Shown one piece after another: positions 19,529 through 29,092 of a DNA stretch of 64,000 nucleotides; within the stretch, counting starts at the first letter, position 1; each line of letters opens with the position of its first letter. The notes under the pieces were generated by a model. The model made no database searches. It was not told the origin of the DNA and saw only the letters and a list, made by a program, of their open reading frames with translations. The stretch comes from an uncultured Actinomycetota bacterium (lineage in GTDB: Bacteria > Actinomycetota > Actinomycetes > Propionibacteriales > Nocardioidaceae), in NCBI GenBank assembly GCA_963843075.1, contig CAWJJD010000001.1, forward strand, positions 1,531,057-1,595,056. Direction: 5' to 3'. The position numbers and the translations under genes were made by a program.

Positions 19529-20458
19529 ATGAGTCAGCAGCCATTTTCTCGACCAGGCGCGATCGATCTGTCCGGATTGCAGGGATCTGAGGTTTCCGGA
19601 CCCGGTGTCCAGGGCGCAGCCGCGGAGAGTGCGGCGTACGCCGTGCGGGTGACCGAGCAGAACTTCCAGGACATCCTCGAGGGCTCGCGGAGCGCCCCGA
19701 TCCTGCTGGCCTTCGAGAGCCCGGGCCGATCCCCGGAGAGTGTCCGGCTCGCCGACGACCTGCAGACCCTGTCCAACGAGTTCGAGGGGCGGTTCCTGCT
19801 GGGCCGGGTCGACATCGACGCCGTGCCGCAGATCGCCCAGGCGATGCAGATCCCGTCGGTCCCTCTCGTCGTCCTCGTCGCCCAGGGACGTCCGATGCCG
19901 CTGCTCCAGGACGCGGCGCCGATCGACGACCTCCGCCAGGCGATCACCCAGGTCCTCCAGCAGCTGACCGCGAGCGGCTTCACCGGGCGGCACCAGCCGC
20001 GCTCGGGTGTCGGCCAGGTCGACGAGGAGACCGGCGAGGAGCAGCTCGACCCGCGCTACGCGCCGGCCCAGGACGCCCTCGAGCGGGGCGACATCGACGG
20101 TGCCGTCGCGGAGTACGAGAAGCTCGTCAACGCCAACCCCGCTGACGCCGAGGCTGCCGCCGGCCTGGCGATGGCCCGGCTGCTCAAGCGCACCGACGGC
20201 GTGGACCTCAACGAGGCACGCTCGGCCGCGGCCGCGAACCCCGATGATGTCGAGGCCCAGACGATGGTGGCGGACCTCGACCTGCTCGGTGGCCACGTGG
20301 AGGACGCCTTCAACCGTCTCGTCGACCTGGTGCGACGCACCTCGGACGCGGAGAGGGACGCCGCCCGGACCCACCTGATCGCGCTCTTCGGCGCGGTCGG
20401 CAACGAGGACCCGCGGGTGCAACGCGCCCGGCGCGACCTCGCCTCGGCGCTGTTCTAG
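19529..20458 (+). CDS. Thioredoxin-like/TPR co-chaperone (YbbN/CnoX family)
   Basis: Thioredoxin-fold N-terminus (RVDIDAVPQIAQAMQIPSVP) without CxxC, followed by a TPR C-terminus (ARRDLASALF). Confidence 0.85.
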   Translation: MSQQPFSRPGAIDLSGLQGSEVSGPGVQGAAAESAAYAVRVTEQNFQDILEGSRSAPILLAFESPGRSPESVRLADDLQTLSNEFEGRFLLGRVDIDAVPQIAQAMQIPSVPLVVLVAQGRPMPLLQDAAPIDDLRQAITQVLQQLTASGFTGRHQPRSGVGQVDEETGEEQLDPRYAPAQDALERGDIDGAVAEYEKLVNANPADAEAAAGLAMARLLKRTDGVDLNEARSAAAANPDDVEAQTMVADLDLLGGHVEDAFNRLVDLVRRTSDAERDAARTHLIALFGAVGNEDPRVQRARRDLASALF

Positions 20459-20594
20459 AAGCGATCGGCCGGCGGCAGGGTCGGTGCGCCGGGTCTGACG
20501 CGGTCTAGTGCACGCGGGCCCGACTATTCACCCCGTCCCGTTTCACGACATACGTTCACCTCCAGCCCAACGTGGTGACAGGGGGAACGCCGTG

Positions 20595-22970
20595 ATGAGA
20601 CACCGGCTCAGTCATGCGCTCGCGGGCCTGGGCGCCTCCGCGTTGGCAGCAGCGTCGCTGGTCTTCGTCAGCGTGGCCGTCGCCCCGGCGGCCGGCGCCG
20701 CAGCACCCCCCGGGACGCCCTGGACCTTCGGCGAGAACTCCTTCGGCCAGCTCGGCAACGGGACCACCACGACGCGTCGGTCGGGCGCGCCCGTCACCGG
20801 GCTCAACGGCGTCATCGACCTGCACGGCGGGCGCGAGCACGTCGTCGCCCTCGAGTCCGACGGCTCCGTGTGGACCTGGGGCAGCAACGCCGAGGGCCAG
20901 CAGGGCCGCGGCACCACCGCGAACACCCTCGTGCCGACCCGCGTGACCTCGCTCGGCAACGACAACGCGGCGGTGGAGACCGGCCACAACCACACCGTGG
21001 TCCTCAAGAGCGACGGCCGGGTCTTCACCTTCGGGCTGAACAGCGACGGCCAGCTCGGCGACGGCAGCACCACGCTGCGCCGTTCGCCCGTCCAGGTGAG
21101 TGGCATCACCGATGCGGTCGGCATCGCTGCCGGGCGCGACATGTCCTTCGCCATCCGCGCCAACGGCCAGCTGATGGCCTGGGGTCGCAACGACGAGGGC
21201 CAGCTCGGCGACGGCACCACCACCCGCCGGCTCACCCCGGTCCGTGTCGGGGCCTCGATCAACTTCGCCGGGGTCAAGACCTTGACCGGTGGCCGCGACC
21301 ACGGCGTCGCCGTGAAGACCGACGGCTCGGTCTGGGCCTGGGGGTCCAACAACTACGGGCAGGTGGGCGACGGGACGACCACGGACAAGCTCACCCCCGT
21401 GGCGATCGACGTCAACGGGAGCACGGCCGGCCTCGGCACGGCCTCGGACGCCGCGGCCGGAGCCCACCACTCCTACGCCCTGCGCACCGACGGCACCGTC
21501 GCCTCGTGGGGCCGCAACTACCGCACCGAGCTCGGCGACGGCACCACCACCAGCCGGACGCGACCCGTGAGCGTGCTCATGGGCACCGGCAGCACGCCGC
21601 TCAGCGGGGCGGTCACCCTCGGATCTGGGCGCGACATGGGCAACGTCACGCTGGCCGACGGCCGGGTGATGGCCTGGGGCCACAACCTCTACGGCCAGCT
21701 CGGCGACGGCAGCACGACCAACCGGACCAGGGCGATCGTCGTGCCCGGCATCGCCAATGCGGTGAAGGCGGCCGGCGGCGGTTCGGCGTACGGCGTGGTG
21801 CTGGTCGGCGACGGCACGCCACCGCCCAACCAGGACCCCGTCGCGCGCATCACCGGCACCACCTGCGCCGACCTCAGCTGCCCCCTCAGCGGCAGCACCT
21901 CGACCGACGACGGCACGATCTCCAGCTATGCGTGGACCTTCGGCGACGGCACCACCGGCACCGGCCCCAACCCCGGCCACACCTACGGTCAGGGCGGCAC
22001 CTACACGGTGACGCTGACGGTCACCGACGACAACGGGGCCACGGACAGCGACACGGCCACGGTGAGCCCGACCGATCCGGGTCCGCCGGTCAACCAGCCC
22101 CCGGTCGCGCACCTCACCGGCACCACCTGCAGCGCACTGAGCTGTCCGTTCAGCGGCAGCACCTCGACCGACGACAACGGCATCGCCGGCTATGCGTGGA
22201 CCTTCGGCGACACCACGACCGGGACCGGGGCCGACGGCAGCCACACCTACGGCGCGGCAGGGACCTACCAGGTCACGCTCACGGTCACCGACGCCGAAGG
22301 TCTGTCGGACTCCGACACGACCTCGGTCACGGTGAGCGACGCAGCCACGCCCGGGCCTGCCTTCCGGGCCTCGGTGGCGAGCGACGCCAACACCTCGTCG
22401 GCGTCGGTGGTCGTCCCGGCCACCGTCGCAGCCGGTGACCAGCTCGTGCTGGTGGCGACCACCAACACCGCAGCGACGCACGCCACCCCCGCCGGCTGGA
22501 CCCTGCTGGGGTCGAGCGCGGACGGCACCGAGATGCGTTCGTCGGTCTACACCCGCACCGCACCGGCCTCGTTCGGTGGCACGACCGTGCGGGTGCCGGT
22601 GAGTGCCCTCTCCAAGACGAGTCTCACCCTGGACGCCTACTCCGACGCCGCGCCGGTCACGGTGCTCGCCACTGCGGTGCAGGGCACGTCCTCGGTGACC
22701 GCTCACCCGGCGCCGGCGGCCAACGTCGCGGTCGGCGGCTCGGCGGTGCTCCGCTACTGGGCCGACAAGTCGAGCTCGACGCGCACGTGGACCACGCCCG
22801 CCGGGCTCACCCGACGGACGGCCACCAACGGCAGCGGCGGCGGCAGTCTCGCGACCTTCACCGCCGACGTCACCGACGTGCCCGCGGGCGGCGTGGCGGC
22901 CGTCAACGCCACCTCGTCGGTGGCCTCGAACAAGGCGATCGCATGGACGATCGTGGTCCCACACGCCTGA
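20595..22970 (+). CDS. Secreted protein with a 7x RCC1/BLIP-II beta-propeller, 2 PKD domains and a C-terminal beta domain
   Basis: Signal peptide (MRHRLSHALAGLGASALAA...APAAGA); seven [FW]GxNxxGQLGDG-like repeats; two YAWTFGD...TY...Y(T/Q)VTLTVTD repeats. Confidence 0.85.
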   Translation: MRHRLSHALAGLGASALAAASLVFVSVAVAPAAGAAAPPGTPWTFGENSFGQLGNGTTTTRRSGAPVTGLNGVIDLHGGREHVVALESDGSVWTWGSNAEGQQGRGTTANTLVPTRVTSLGNDNAAVETGHNHTVVLKSDGRVFTFGLNSDGQLGDGSTTLRRSPVQVSGITDAVGIAAGRDMSFAIRANGQLMAWGRNDEGQLGDGTTTRRLTPVRVGASINFAGVKTLTGGRDHGVAVKTDGSVWAWGSNNYGQVGDGTTTDKLTPVAIDVNGSTAGLGTASDAAAGAHHSYALRTDGTVASWGRNYRTELGDGTTTSRTRPVSVLMGTGSTPLSGAVTLGSGRDMGNVTLADGRVMAWGHNLYGQLGDGSTTNRTRAIVVPGIANAVKAAGGGSAYGVVLVGDGTPPPNQDPVARITGTTCADLSCPLSGSTSTDDGTISSYAWTFGDGTTGTGPNPGHTYGQGGTYTVTLTVTDDNGATDSDTATVSPTDPGPPVNQPPVAHLTGTTCSALSCPFSGSTSTDDNGIAGYAWTFGDTTTGTGADGSHTYGAAGTYQVTLTVTDAEGLSDSDTTSVTVSDAATPGPAFRASVASDANTSSASVVVPATVAAGDQLVLVATTNTAATHATPAGWTLLGSSADGTEMRSSVYTRTAPASFGGTTVRVPVSALSKTSLTLDAYSDAAPVTVLATAVQGTSSVTAHPAPAANVAVGGSAVLRYWADKSSSTRTWTTPAGLTRRTATNGSGGGSLATFTADVTDVPAGGVAAVNATSSVASNKAIAWTIVVPHA

Positions 22971-22990
22971 GGGCCGAGGGTGCGCGCCGG

Positions 22991-23404
22991 TCAGCGAGCC
23001 AGCTCGAAGTCGGCGAAGTCGAAGCCGGGGGAGACCAGGCAGCTGACCAACGCATCCGCCTCGCCCGGGAGGGTGCGCTGCCAGGTGCCGGCGGGGACGA
23101 CCACCTGCGCCGACTCGCCTGCCGCGGTGCCCACCACGGCGGTGGGGCCGCTCCGGGGTGTCGCCTCGCAGCCGCCCAGCTCGAGCGCCACCGACCCGGT
23201 GTGCGCCAACCAGACCTCCTCGGACCGCACCCGGTGCCAGGCCGAGGCGTCGCCCGCCGGGAGCAGGAAGTAGATCAGGGTCGCCGTCGGACGGACCCGC
23301 CCGTCCGGCAGCGTGACCGTCTCGGCCGATGCCCAGGTCTGACGGAACCAGCCACCCTCGGGGTGCCGGGCGAGCTCCAGCTGTTGGGCGAGGGGAGGGC
23401 GCAT
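22991..23404 (-). CDS. Cupin (DUF985/cupin_5-like) protein
   Basis: HPEGGWFRQT, TLIYFLL, WHRV..EEVW and CLVSPGFDFADF. Confidence 0.85.
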   Translation of the reverse strand: MRPPLAQQLELARHPEGGWFRQTWASAETVTLPDGRVRPTATLIYFLLPAGDASAWHRVRSEEVWLAHTGSVALELGGCEATPRSGPTAVVGTAAGESAQVVVPAGTWQRTLPGEADALVSCLVSPGFDFADFELAR

Positions 23405-23451
23405 CCGTCCATTCTCACGGAGGCTCGCGGAGGGGTGGGACGATGGGCGCC

Positions 23452-23814
23452 ATGAACAGCCCGACGGTGATGCCACCGGTGAGTCGGCTGTCCCCGGCCG
23501 GACAGCTCTACGTCACCACCGTCGGGGCGGTCGCGCTGCTCTCGCTGCTGGCGGAGTCGTCGGGCTGGCACGTCGCACTGGTCATCTTGACCCTGCCGCT
23601 GAGCCTGCTGGCCCTGTGGGTCGGCTACTACGCCGGGCTCGCGGTCAGCCTGGTCATCGGTGCCCAGGGCGGTGAGCCGGCGTGGCCGGTGGTGGTCGTG
23701 TGGGTGGCCGTCTGGACCATGACGGCCTGGCTCAACGCGCAGCTCGCGCAGAAGGTGCTCCGGGTCGGGTGGCGGGCCATGCCCGCACGGCCGGCCGAGG
23801 AGATCGACGACTAG
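23452..23814 (+). CDS. Small integral membrane protein of unknown function
   Basis: 3-4 hydrophobic segments; fills the gap between neighbours. The start could be 23443. Confidence 0.65.
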   Translation: MNSPTVMPPVSRLSPAGQLYVTTVGAVALLSLLAESSGWHVALVILTLPLSLLALWVGYYAGLAVSLVIGAQGGEPAWPVVVVWVAVWTMTAWLNAQLAQKVLRVGWRAMPARPAEEIDD

Positions 23815-24590
23815 CTGGGCAGCCCCCGGCCGCTCTCGGTGTACGACGGGCCCGGGTCGTCGGTCAGGTTCTTCAGGGCCGACTCGATCCGCCGGGCGGT
23901 GAAGTCGGCGCACTTCTCGCGAACCTCGGCCAGCGTGGCGAACGCCACCGAGCGGATCTCCCGCTCCTGACGCACGATCGTGTCCACCACCGAGGGGTCA
24001 TGCACCCCGCCGTCGAAGACCAGGCAGACCGCGTCGTCCCAGCCACCCCAGGGCGGCAACCAGTCGGTGAGCAGCAGCCGACCGGCCTCGACCTGGAGAC
24101 CGAGCTCCTCCTCGACCTCGCGGGCCACGGCCAGCTGGGGCGACTCGCTCACCTCGACGACGCCACCGGGCAGGTCGAAGTCGCGCTTGTAGGTCAGCTG
24201 GCACAGCAGCACCCGGCCGTCGGTGGAGCGGATCAGCATCTGGCTGATCGCGCGCTTGCGCGGCAGGAAGGAGTTCAACAGCGACCGGAACCCCTTCGGG
24301 TCCTCGAGCGGGGTGTCGTCCACGAGCCGGGCGTAGACGATCCGGTCGGACTCGTCGGCCACCCCGCGGGCCACTCCCTCGCGCATCAGCCCGGCGAAGG
24401 TGGCCACCCGCTGGGCGACCTCGTCGCCGGGGTCGACGTGGGCCTCGACGCGGGTCGAGCCGCCCTTGAAGGCCGACTCGACCAGCTCGCGCACCTCGTC
24501 GGCCGAGACGCGCAGCCCCTGGTCCTGCAGGTCGGCGGTCCAGGAAACTCGCACGACACCGGGGGAAACGGGGTTCAGCTCGGCGGGCAC
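23811..24590 (-). CDS. NUDIX hydrolase with an N-terminal RimJ/GNAT-like half-domain
   Basis: Nudix box GGVVEVSESPQLAVAREVEEELG. N-terminus RVEAHVDPGDEVAQRVATFAGLMREG. Confidence 0.8.
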   Translation of the reverse strand: MPAELNPVSPGVVRVSWTADLQDQGLRVSADEVRELVESAFKGGSTRVEAHVDPGDEVAQRVATFAGLMREGVARGVADESDRIVYARLVDDTPLEDPKGFRSLLNSFLPRKRAISQMLIRSTDGRVLLCQLTYKRDFDLPGGVVEVSESPQLAVAREVEEELGLQVEAGRLLLTDWLPPWGGWDDAVCLVFDGGVHDPSVVDTIVRQEREIRSVAFATLAEVREKCADFTARRIESALKNLTDDPGPSYTESGRGLPS

Positions 24591-24594
24591 GGGT

Positions 24595-25680
24595 TCACCC
24601 TAGCCACACCGCGAGCACACCCGCCGCGACGGCCAGGGGGACGACGAGCAGACCCTCCAGGCCGAACCTGACCATCGAGATCTCCAGCCCGCGGGTCCGG
24701 CACGCACGCAGCCAGAGCAGGTTGGCGAGGGACCCCCACGCGATCAGCATCGGGCCGACGTTGACCGCGACCAGCGCCGTGACGAGCCGGTCGGCGGAGT
24801 GGGCGAACGGTTCCACGACGAGGTAGGCCGGCAGGTTGTTGACCACGTTGCCCAGCACCCCCGCGGCACCGGCGAGCTGGAACAGGGACGCGAGCGAGTC
24901 GCCGCTCCCGAACAGCGAGCCGAGCACGGAGGACCCCTCCTCGACGACCACCTCCACGACGGCGAACAGCACGATCGCGAAGACGAGCACCGACCACGGG
25001 ACCAGCCGCACCAGCCGACCGGGGTGGACCACCGCGGGGCGGCGTACGACGAACGCGAGCACGAGCACCACCGAGGCGACCAGAGCCACCAGCCAGGCCG
25101 GCACCCCCGTCAGGATCGCCGGGCCGATCAGGACGACGACGACGGCAGCGAGCCACAGCAGGACCGGGTCGTACGACGGGAGCCGGGTCGGCACGGCATA
25201 GCTCCCACGCAGGGCTGCCCGGTGCCGGATCAGCAGCACGCCCAGGACGACGACCAGCACGGCGAGCTGGGGGAGCCAGGTCTCGCGCACGAACGCCGCC
25301 GCACCGATGCCGAGGTGCGACTGAGCGAGCAGGTTGGTCAGGTTGGAGACGGGCAGCAGCAGACTTCCGGCGTTGGCCAGCCAGATGGACGCGAACGCGA
25401 ACGGCAGCGCGCTCAGCCCGAGCTCGGCGGCCAGGGCCAACCCGATCGGGGCGAGCAGCACCGCCGTGGTGTCGATGCTGAGCACCCAGGTGGAGACGGT
25501 CGCCAGGAAGGTGAACAGCAGGAACAGCGCGAGCCGGTTGCCCCGCGCGACCCGGGCGGCCACGTGGGCGCTGACGTCGAAGAGACCGGCGTCGTCACAC
25601 AGGTCGGCGACGACCTGGATCAGCACCAGGAACAGCAGCACCGGCCAGACGCGGTCGGCGACGTCGAGGAGGCCGGTCAC
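24595..25680 (-). CDS. ArsB/NhaD-superfamily (SLC13-like) ion transporter
   Basis: Highly hydrophobic; LSIDTTAVLLAP, ANAGSLLLPVSNLTNL and NVVNNLPAYL. Confidence 0.85.
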   Translation of the reverse strand: MTGLLDVADRVWPVLLFLVLIQVVADLCDDAGLFDVSAHVAARVARGNRLALFLLFTFLATVSTWVLSIDTTAVLLAPIGLALAAELGLSALPFAFASIWLANAGSLLLPVSNLTNLLAQSHLGIGAAAFVRETWLPQLAVLVVVLGVLLIRHRAALRGSYAVPTRLPSYDPVLLWLAAVVVVLIGPAILTGVPAWLVALVASVVLVLAFVVRRPAVVHPGRLVRLVPWSVLVFAIVLFAVVEVVVEEGSSVLGSLFGSGDSLASLFQLAGAAGVLGNVVNNLPAYLVVEPFAHSADRLVTALVAVNVGPMLIAWGSLANLLWLRACRTRGLEISMVRFGLEGLLVVPLAVAAGVLAVWLG

Positions 25681-25738
25681 CGCCGCAGACTAGCGAGGCG
25701 AGCCCGGACGCGGCGTACCGGCTCGTTGCTCGTACAGA

Positions 25739-25780
25739 ACTGGCACGATCCGAGTGAAGCTTCGTTCGGATCGTGCCGGT
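25739..25780. terminator. Long hairpin downstream of the glg operon
   Basis: ggcacgatccga-N12-tcggatcgtgcc with further flanking pairing. Confidence 0.55.
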
Positions 25781-25804
25781 TTCACAGCGGCCGCTGTGAA
25801 ACCG
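25777..25804. repeat. REP-like perfect palindrome, family B, copy 1
   Basis: CGGTTTCACAGCGGCCGCTGTGAAACCG; the 24-bp core is identical to 47406-47429. Confidence 0.8.
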
Positions 25805-25821
25805 ACAGCCCCCTCAGCACC

Positions 25822-27702
25822 TCAGTGCCGACTGCTCGCCAACCACAGACTCCCGAGCGGGGGCACCCGGACCGACGCGGAGGCGGGCTGGCCGGCATGG
25901 GGGGTCTGGTGGGCGGTGACGGTGCCGAGGTTGCCGACCCCGGAGCCGCCGTAGACCTCGGCGTCGGTGTTGATCACCTCGCTCCACTCACCGGCGAAGG
26001 GCAGCCCGAGCTGGTAGCCCTCGTGGGGCACCGGCGAGAAGTTCGTGACGCACACCAGCGCGCTGCCGTCGGAGCCCCACCGCACGAAGGCCACGGTGTT
26101 GCGCGCGGCGTCGTCGGCCACGATCCACTGGAAGCCCTCGGGCACGGTGTCCTGCGACCAGAGGGCCGCGTGGTCGGCGTAGACCGAGTTCAGGTCGGTC
26201 ACCAGGCGGCTGACGCCGGCGTGGTCGGGGTTGTCCAGCAGGCCCCAGTCGAGCTCGCGCTGCTCGGCCCACTCCTGGTCCTGGGCGAACTCCTGGCCCA
26301 TGAACAGCAGCTGCTTGCCGGGGTGTGCCCACATCCACGACAAGAACGCGCGCACGTTGGCCAGCTGCTGCCACCGGTCGCCCGGCATCTTGCGCAGCAG
26401 CGAGCCCTTGCCGTGCACGACCTCGTCGTGGCTGATCGGCAGCACGTAGTTCTCGGAGTAGGCATAGACCATCGCGAAGGTCAGCTGGTGGTGGTGATAG
26501 CTGCGGTGGATCGGGTCCTTGGCCACATAGGTCAGCGAGTCGTGCATCCAGCCCATGTTCCACTTGAAGCCGAAGCCGAGTCCGTTCTCGCTGGTCGGCT
26601 TGGTGACGCCCGGCCACGAGGTCGACTCCTCGGCGATCGTGACCGCGCCGGGGACCCGCTTGTAGACGGTGCCGTTGAGCTCCTGCAGGAACGCCACGGC
26701 CTCGAGGTTCTCCCGGCCGCCGTGGACGTTGGGCTGCCACTCGCCCGGCTCGCGGGAGTAGTCGAGATAGATCATCGAGGCGACGGCGTCGACGCGGATG
26801 CCGTCGATGTGGAACTCCTCGAGCCAGTAGAGCGCGTTGGCGACCAGGAAGTTGCGCACCTCCTTGCGCCCGAAGTTGAAGACGTAGGTGCCCCAGTCGG
26901 GGTGCTCGCCGCGGCTCGGGTTGGGGTCCTCGTAGAGCGGGGTCCCGTCGAAGCGCGCCAGCGCGAACTCGTCCTTCGGGAAGTGCGCGGGCACCCAGTC
27001 GACGATCACGCCGATGCCTGCGTTGTGCAGTGCCTGGACCAGTCGCCGGAACCCGTCGGGGTCGCCGAAGCGTGAGGTCGGGGCGTAGTAGGAGGTGACC
27101 TGGTAGCCCCACGACCCACCGAAGGGGTGCTCCATCACAGGCAGGAGCTCCACGTGCGTGAACCCGGCCTCGACGACGTAGGCCGTCAGGTGCTCGGCCA
27201 GCTCGTCGTAGGTGTAGGGCCCGGCACCGGGGTGCTTCCTCCACGACCCGAGGTGCACCTCGTAGACCGACATGGGCTGCTGGTCGGGACGGGTGTTCGC
27301 GGCACGGGCGGTCATCCACTCGTCGTCGGTCCACTCGTGCGTGCTCTGGAAGACCCGGGACGCGGTGGCCGGCGGGACCTCGGTGTACGCCGCCATCGGG
27401 TCGGCCTTGTCGCGCCACTGGCCGTCGGCGCCGCGGATGTGGAACTTGTAGCTCTCCCCGGAACCGACCCCGGCCACCAGCCCCTCCCACACGCCGGAGC
27501 TGCCGACCGGACTGAGCGGGTTGCGGCTGCCGTCCCAGCTGTTGAAGTCGCCCCGGACCTGGACCTCCTGGGCGTTGGGCGCCCAGACCCGGAAGGCGGT
27601 GCCGCCGTCCACGACGTGCGCCCCCAGGGCCTGCCAGAGCTGCTCGTGGCGCCCCTCGTTGATCAGGTGGAGGTCGATCTCTCCGATGGTCGGTTCACTC
27701 AT
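25822..27702 (-). CDS. glgB: 1,4-alpha-glucan branching enzyme (short form)
   Basis: [48 protein letters not shown] and SHDEVVHGK. Confidence 0.95.
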   Translation of the reverse strand: MSEPTIGEIDLHLINEGRHEQLWQALGAHVVDGGTAFRVWAPNAQEVQVRGDFNSWDGSRNPLSPVGSSGVWEGLVAGVGSGESYKFHIRGADGQWRDKADPMAAYTEVPPATASRVFQSTHEWTDDEWMTARAANTRPDQQPMSVYEVHLGSWRKHPGAGPYTYDELAEHLTAYVVEAGFTHVELLPVMEHPFGGSWGYQVTSYYAPTSRFGDPDGFRRLVQALHNAGIGVIVDWVPAHFPKDEFALARFDGTPLYEDPNPSRGEHPDWGTYVFNFGRKEVRNFLVANALYWLEEFHIDGIRVDAVASMIYLDYSREPGEWQPNVHGGRENLEAVAFLQELNGTVYKRVPGAVTIAEESTSWPGVTKPTSENGLGFGFKWNMGWMHDSLTYVAKDPIHRSYHHHQLTFAMVYAYSENYVLPISHDEVVHGKGSLLRKMPGDRWQQLANVRAFLSWMWAHPGKQLLFMGQEFAQDQEWAEQRELDWGLLDNPDHAGVSRLVTDLNSVYADHAALWSQDTVPEGFQWIVADDAARNTVAFVRWGSDGSALVCVTNFSPVPHEGYQLGLPFAGEWSEVINTDAEVYGGSGVGNLGTVTAHQTPHAGQPASASVRVPPLGSLWLASSRH

Positions 27703-29092
27703 GGGTTGGTGCTCCGATTCGTTCGATGGCACCCAGCGGGATGTCCAGCCAGGTGGGGCGGTTGCGGGCTTCGTAGAGCACCTCGTAGACGGCCTTGTCT
27801 GCCTCGTAGGCGTCGATCAGGGCCTGCTCGTCGGCGCTCAGCGGGCCGCCGCCGGCCTCGATGCGACTCTCGACGTAGCCGTCGAGGAACGCGGTGCGGT
27901 TGCGGGCGACCCACTCGGTGGCACGGTAGGTGATCTGGTGGGAGTTCTCGTCGGTGGAGTGGAGGTCCTTGGCCACGGACTGGGCGGCGTAGTCGAAGGA
28001 CCGCAGCATGCCGGCCACGTCGCGCCAGGGGGAGTCGGGAAGCTGGCGCTCGGTGAGCGGCTTGGCGGGCTCGCCCTCGAAGTCGACCAGCTTCCAGCCC
28101 TTGGAGGTGCGCAGGGTCTGGCCCAGGTGCAGGTCGCCGTGGATCCGTTGGGCGATGCCGTCGGCGTCGCCGATCCGGGCGAAGACCTGCTCCAGCTGTG
28201 ACTGGCGCGTCGCGAGTGCCGGCACGGAGGAGGCGGCGGCCTCGAGCCGACGGCGCATGGCCTCGGCCGCCACGGATCCGTCGAACGGCTGGGTCTCGAA
28301 GTGATCGCGGAGGACCTCGTGGACCTCGCTCACCGCCACGCCGAGACGGTGGGACTCGCCGGCGAAGTCGCCGCCGACCTCGTCCGCGTGCAGGTCGGCC
28401 TCGGCGAAGAGGTTGCGGACGCTGGCCAGGGCGAGCTCCCAGCCGTCGCTGGCCGTGCGCAGGAACTGCTGGAGCATGGCCAGGTCGTCCTGGTCGGCCT
28501 CGATCCAGCCGTAGAGGTGGGCGACGTTGGGGTTGCCGCTCTCGGTCAGCGCGCGGTGGATCTCGATGTCGGGGTTGCGTCCCGGGGTCACCTTGCGGAA
28601 CACCTTCATCAGGCTGTCCTCGCCGAAGGCGACCGAGGAGTTGCTCTGCTCGCCGCTGAACAGGGTGGAGTGCGCGCCGGTGTCGAGCTCGTAGCCGGGG
28701 ACCCGGTGGAAGGTGACGCCGCCGTAGGGACGCGGCGACTCGGGCAGCGTCTGCGCGAAGGTGTCGAGGTAGACGGCCATCGCCTCGCGGTCGTGCACGG
28801 CGTCATAGCTGTGCACCTCACCGAGGTCCTCGTCGAAGTGGGGACCGACGTAGGCGTGCCCGATGCGGCCCTGCTCCTCGGCGTAGTGGGACAGCGGCAT
28901 CTGGTAGCGCTCGGTCGAGGGCTCACCGGCGGCGGCGTCGGCGTACTGCACCGTGATGATGTCGATGGTCACCGTCGGGGGGCCCGGGAGCGTGCCGACG
29001 CGCTTGACGTCGACCACGTCGTAGGCGCGGCCCTTGCCGGCGAACCAGCGTGCCTCCGCGAGGTACGCCGTCATCTGCGGATGTTCACTCAT
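27695..29092 (-). CDS. mak: Maltokinase
   Basis: [26 protein letters not shown] and DFEGEP; located between treS and glgB. Confidence 0.92.
   Translation of the reverse strand: MSEHPQMTAYLAEARWFAGKGRAYDVVDVKRVGTLPGPPTVTIDIITVQYADAAAGEPSTERYQMPLSHYAEEQGRIGHAYVGPHFDEDLGEVHSYDAVHDREAMAVYLDTFAQTLPESPRPYGGVTFHRVPGYELDTGAHSTLFSGEQSNSSVAFGEDSLMKVFRKVTPGRNPDIEIHRALTESGNPNVAHLYGWIEADQDDLAMLQQFLRTASDGWELALASVRNLFAEADLHADEVGGDFAGESHRLGVAVSEVHEVLRDHFETQPFDGSVAAEAMRRRLEAAASSVPALATRQSQLEQVFARIGDADGIAQRIHGDLHLGQTLRTSKGWKLVDFEGEPAKPLTERQLPDSPWRDVAGMLRSFDYAAQSVAKDLHSTDENSHQITYRATEWVARNRTAFLDGYVESRIEAGGGPLSADEQALIDAYEADKAVYEVLYEARNRPTWLDIPLGAIERIGAPTHE

Noticed and set aside
19529-19900. Missing CxxC in the thioredoxin-like domain as a sign of decay
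   Set aside because: Redox-inactive thioredoxin domains are normal in the YbbN/CnoX family.
20700-21780. Regularly spaced DNA repeats (ggccagctcggcgacggc) resembling a CRISPR array
   Set aside because: They are the coding RCC1 repeats; there are no cas genes and no repeat-spacer structure.
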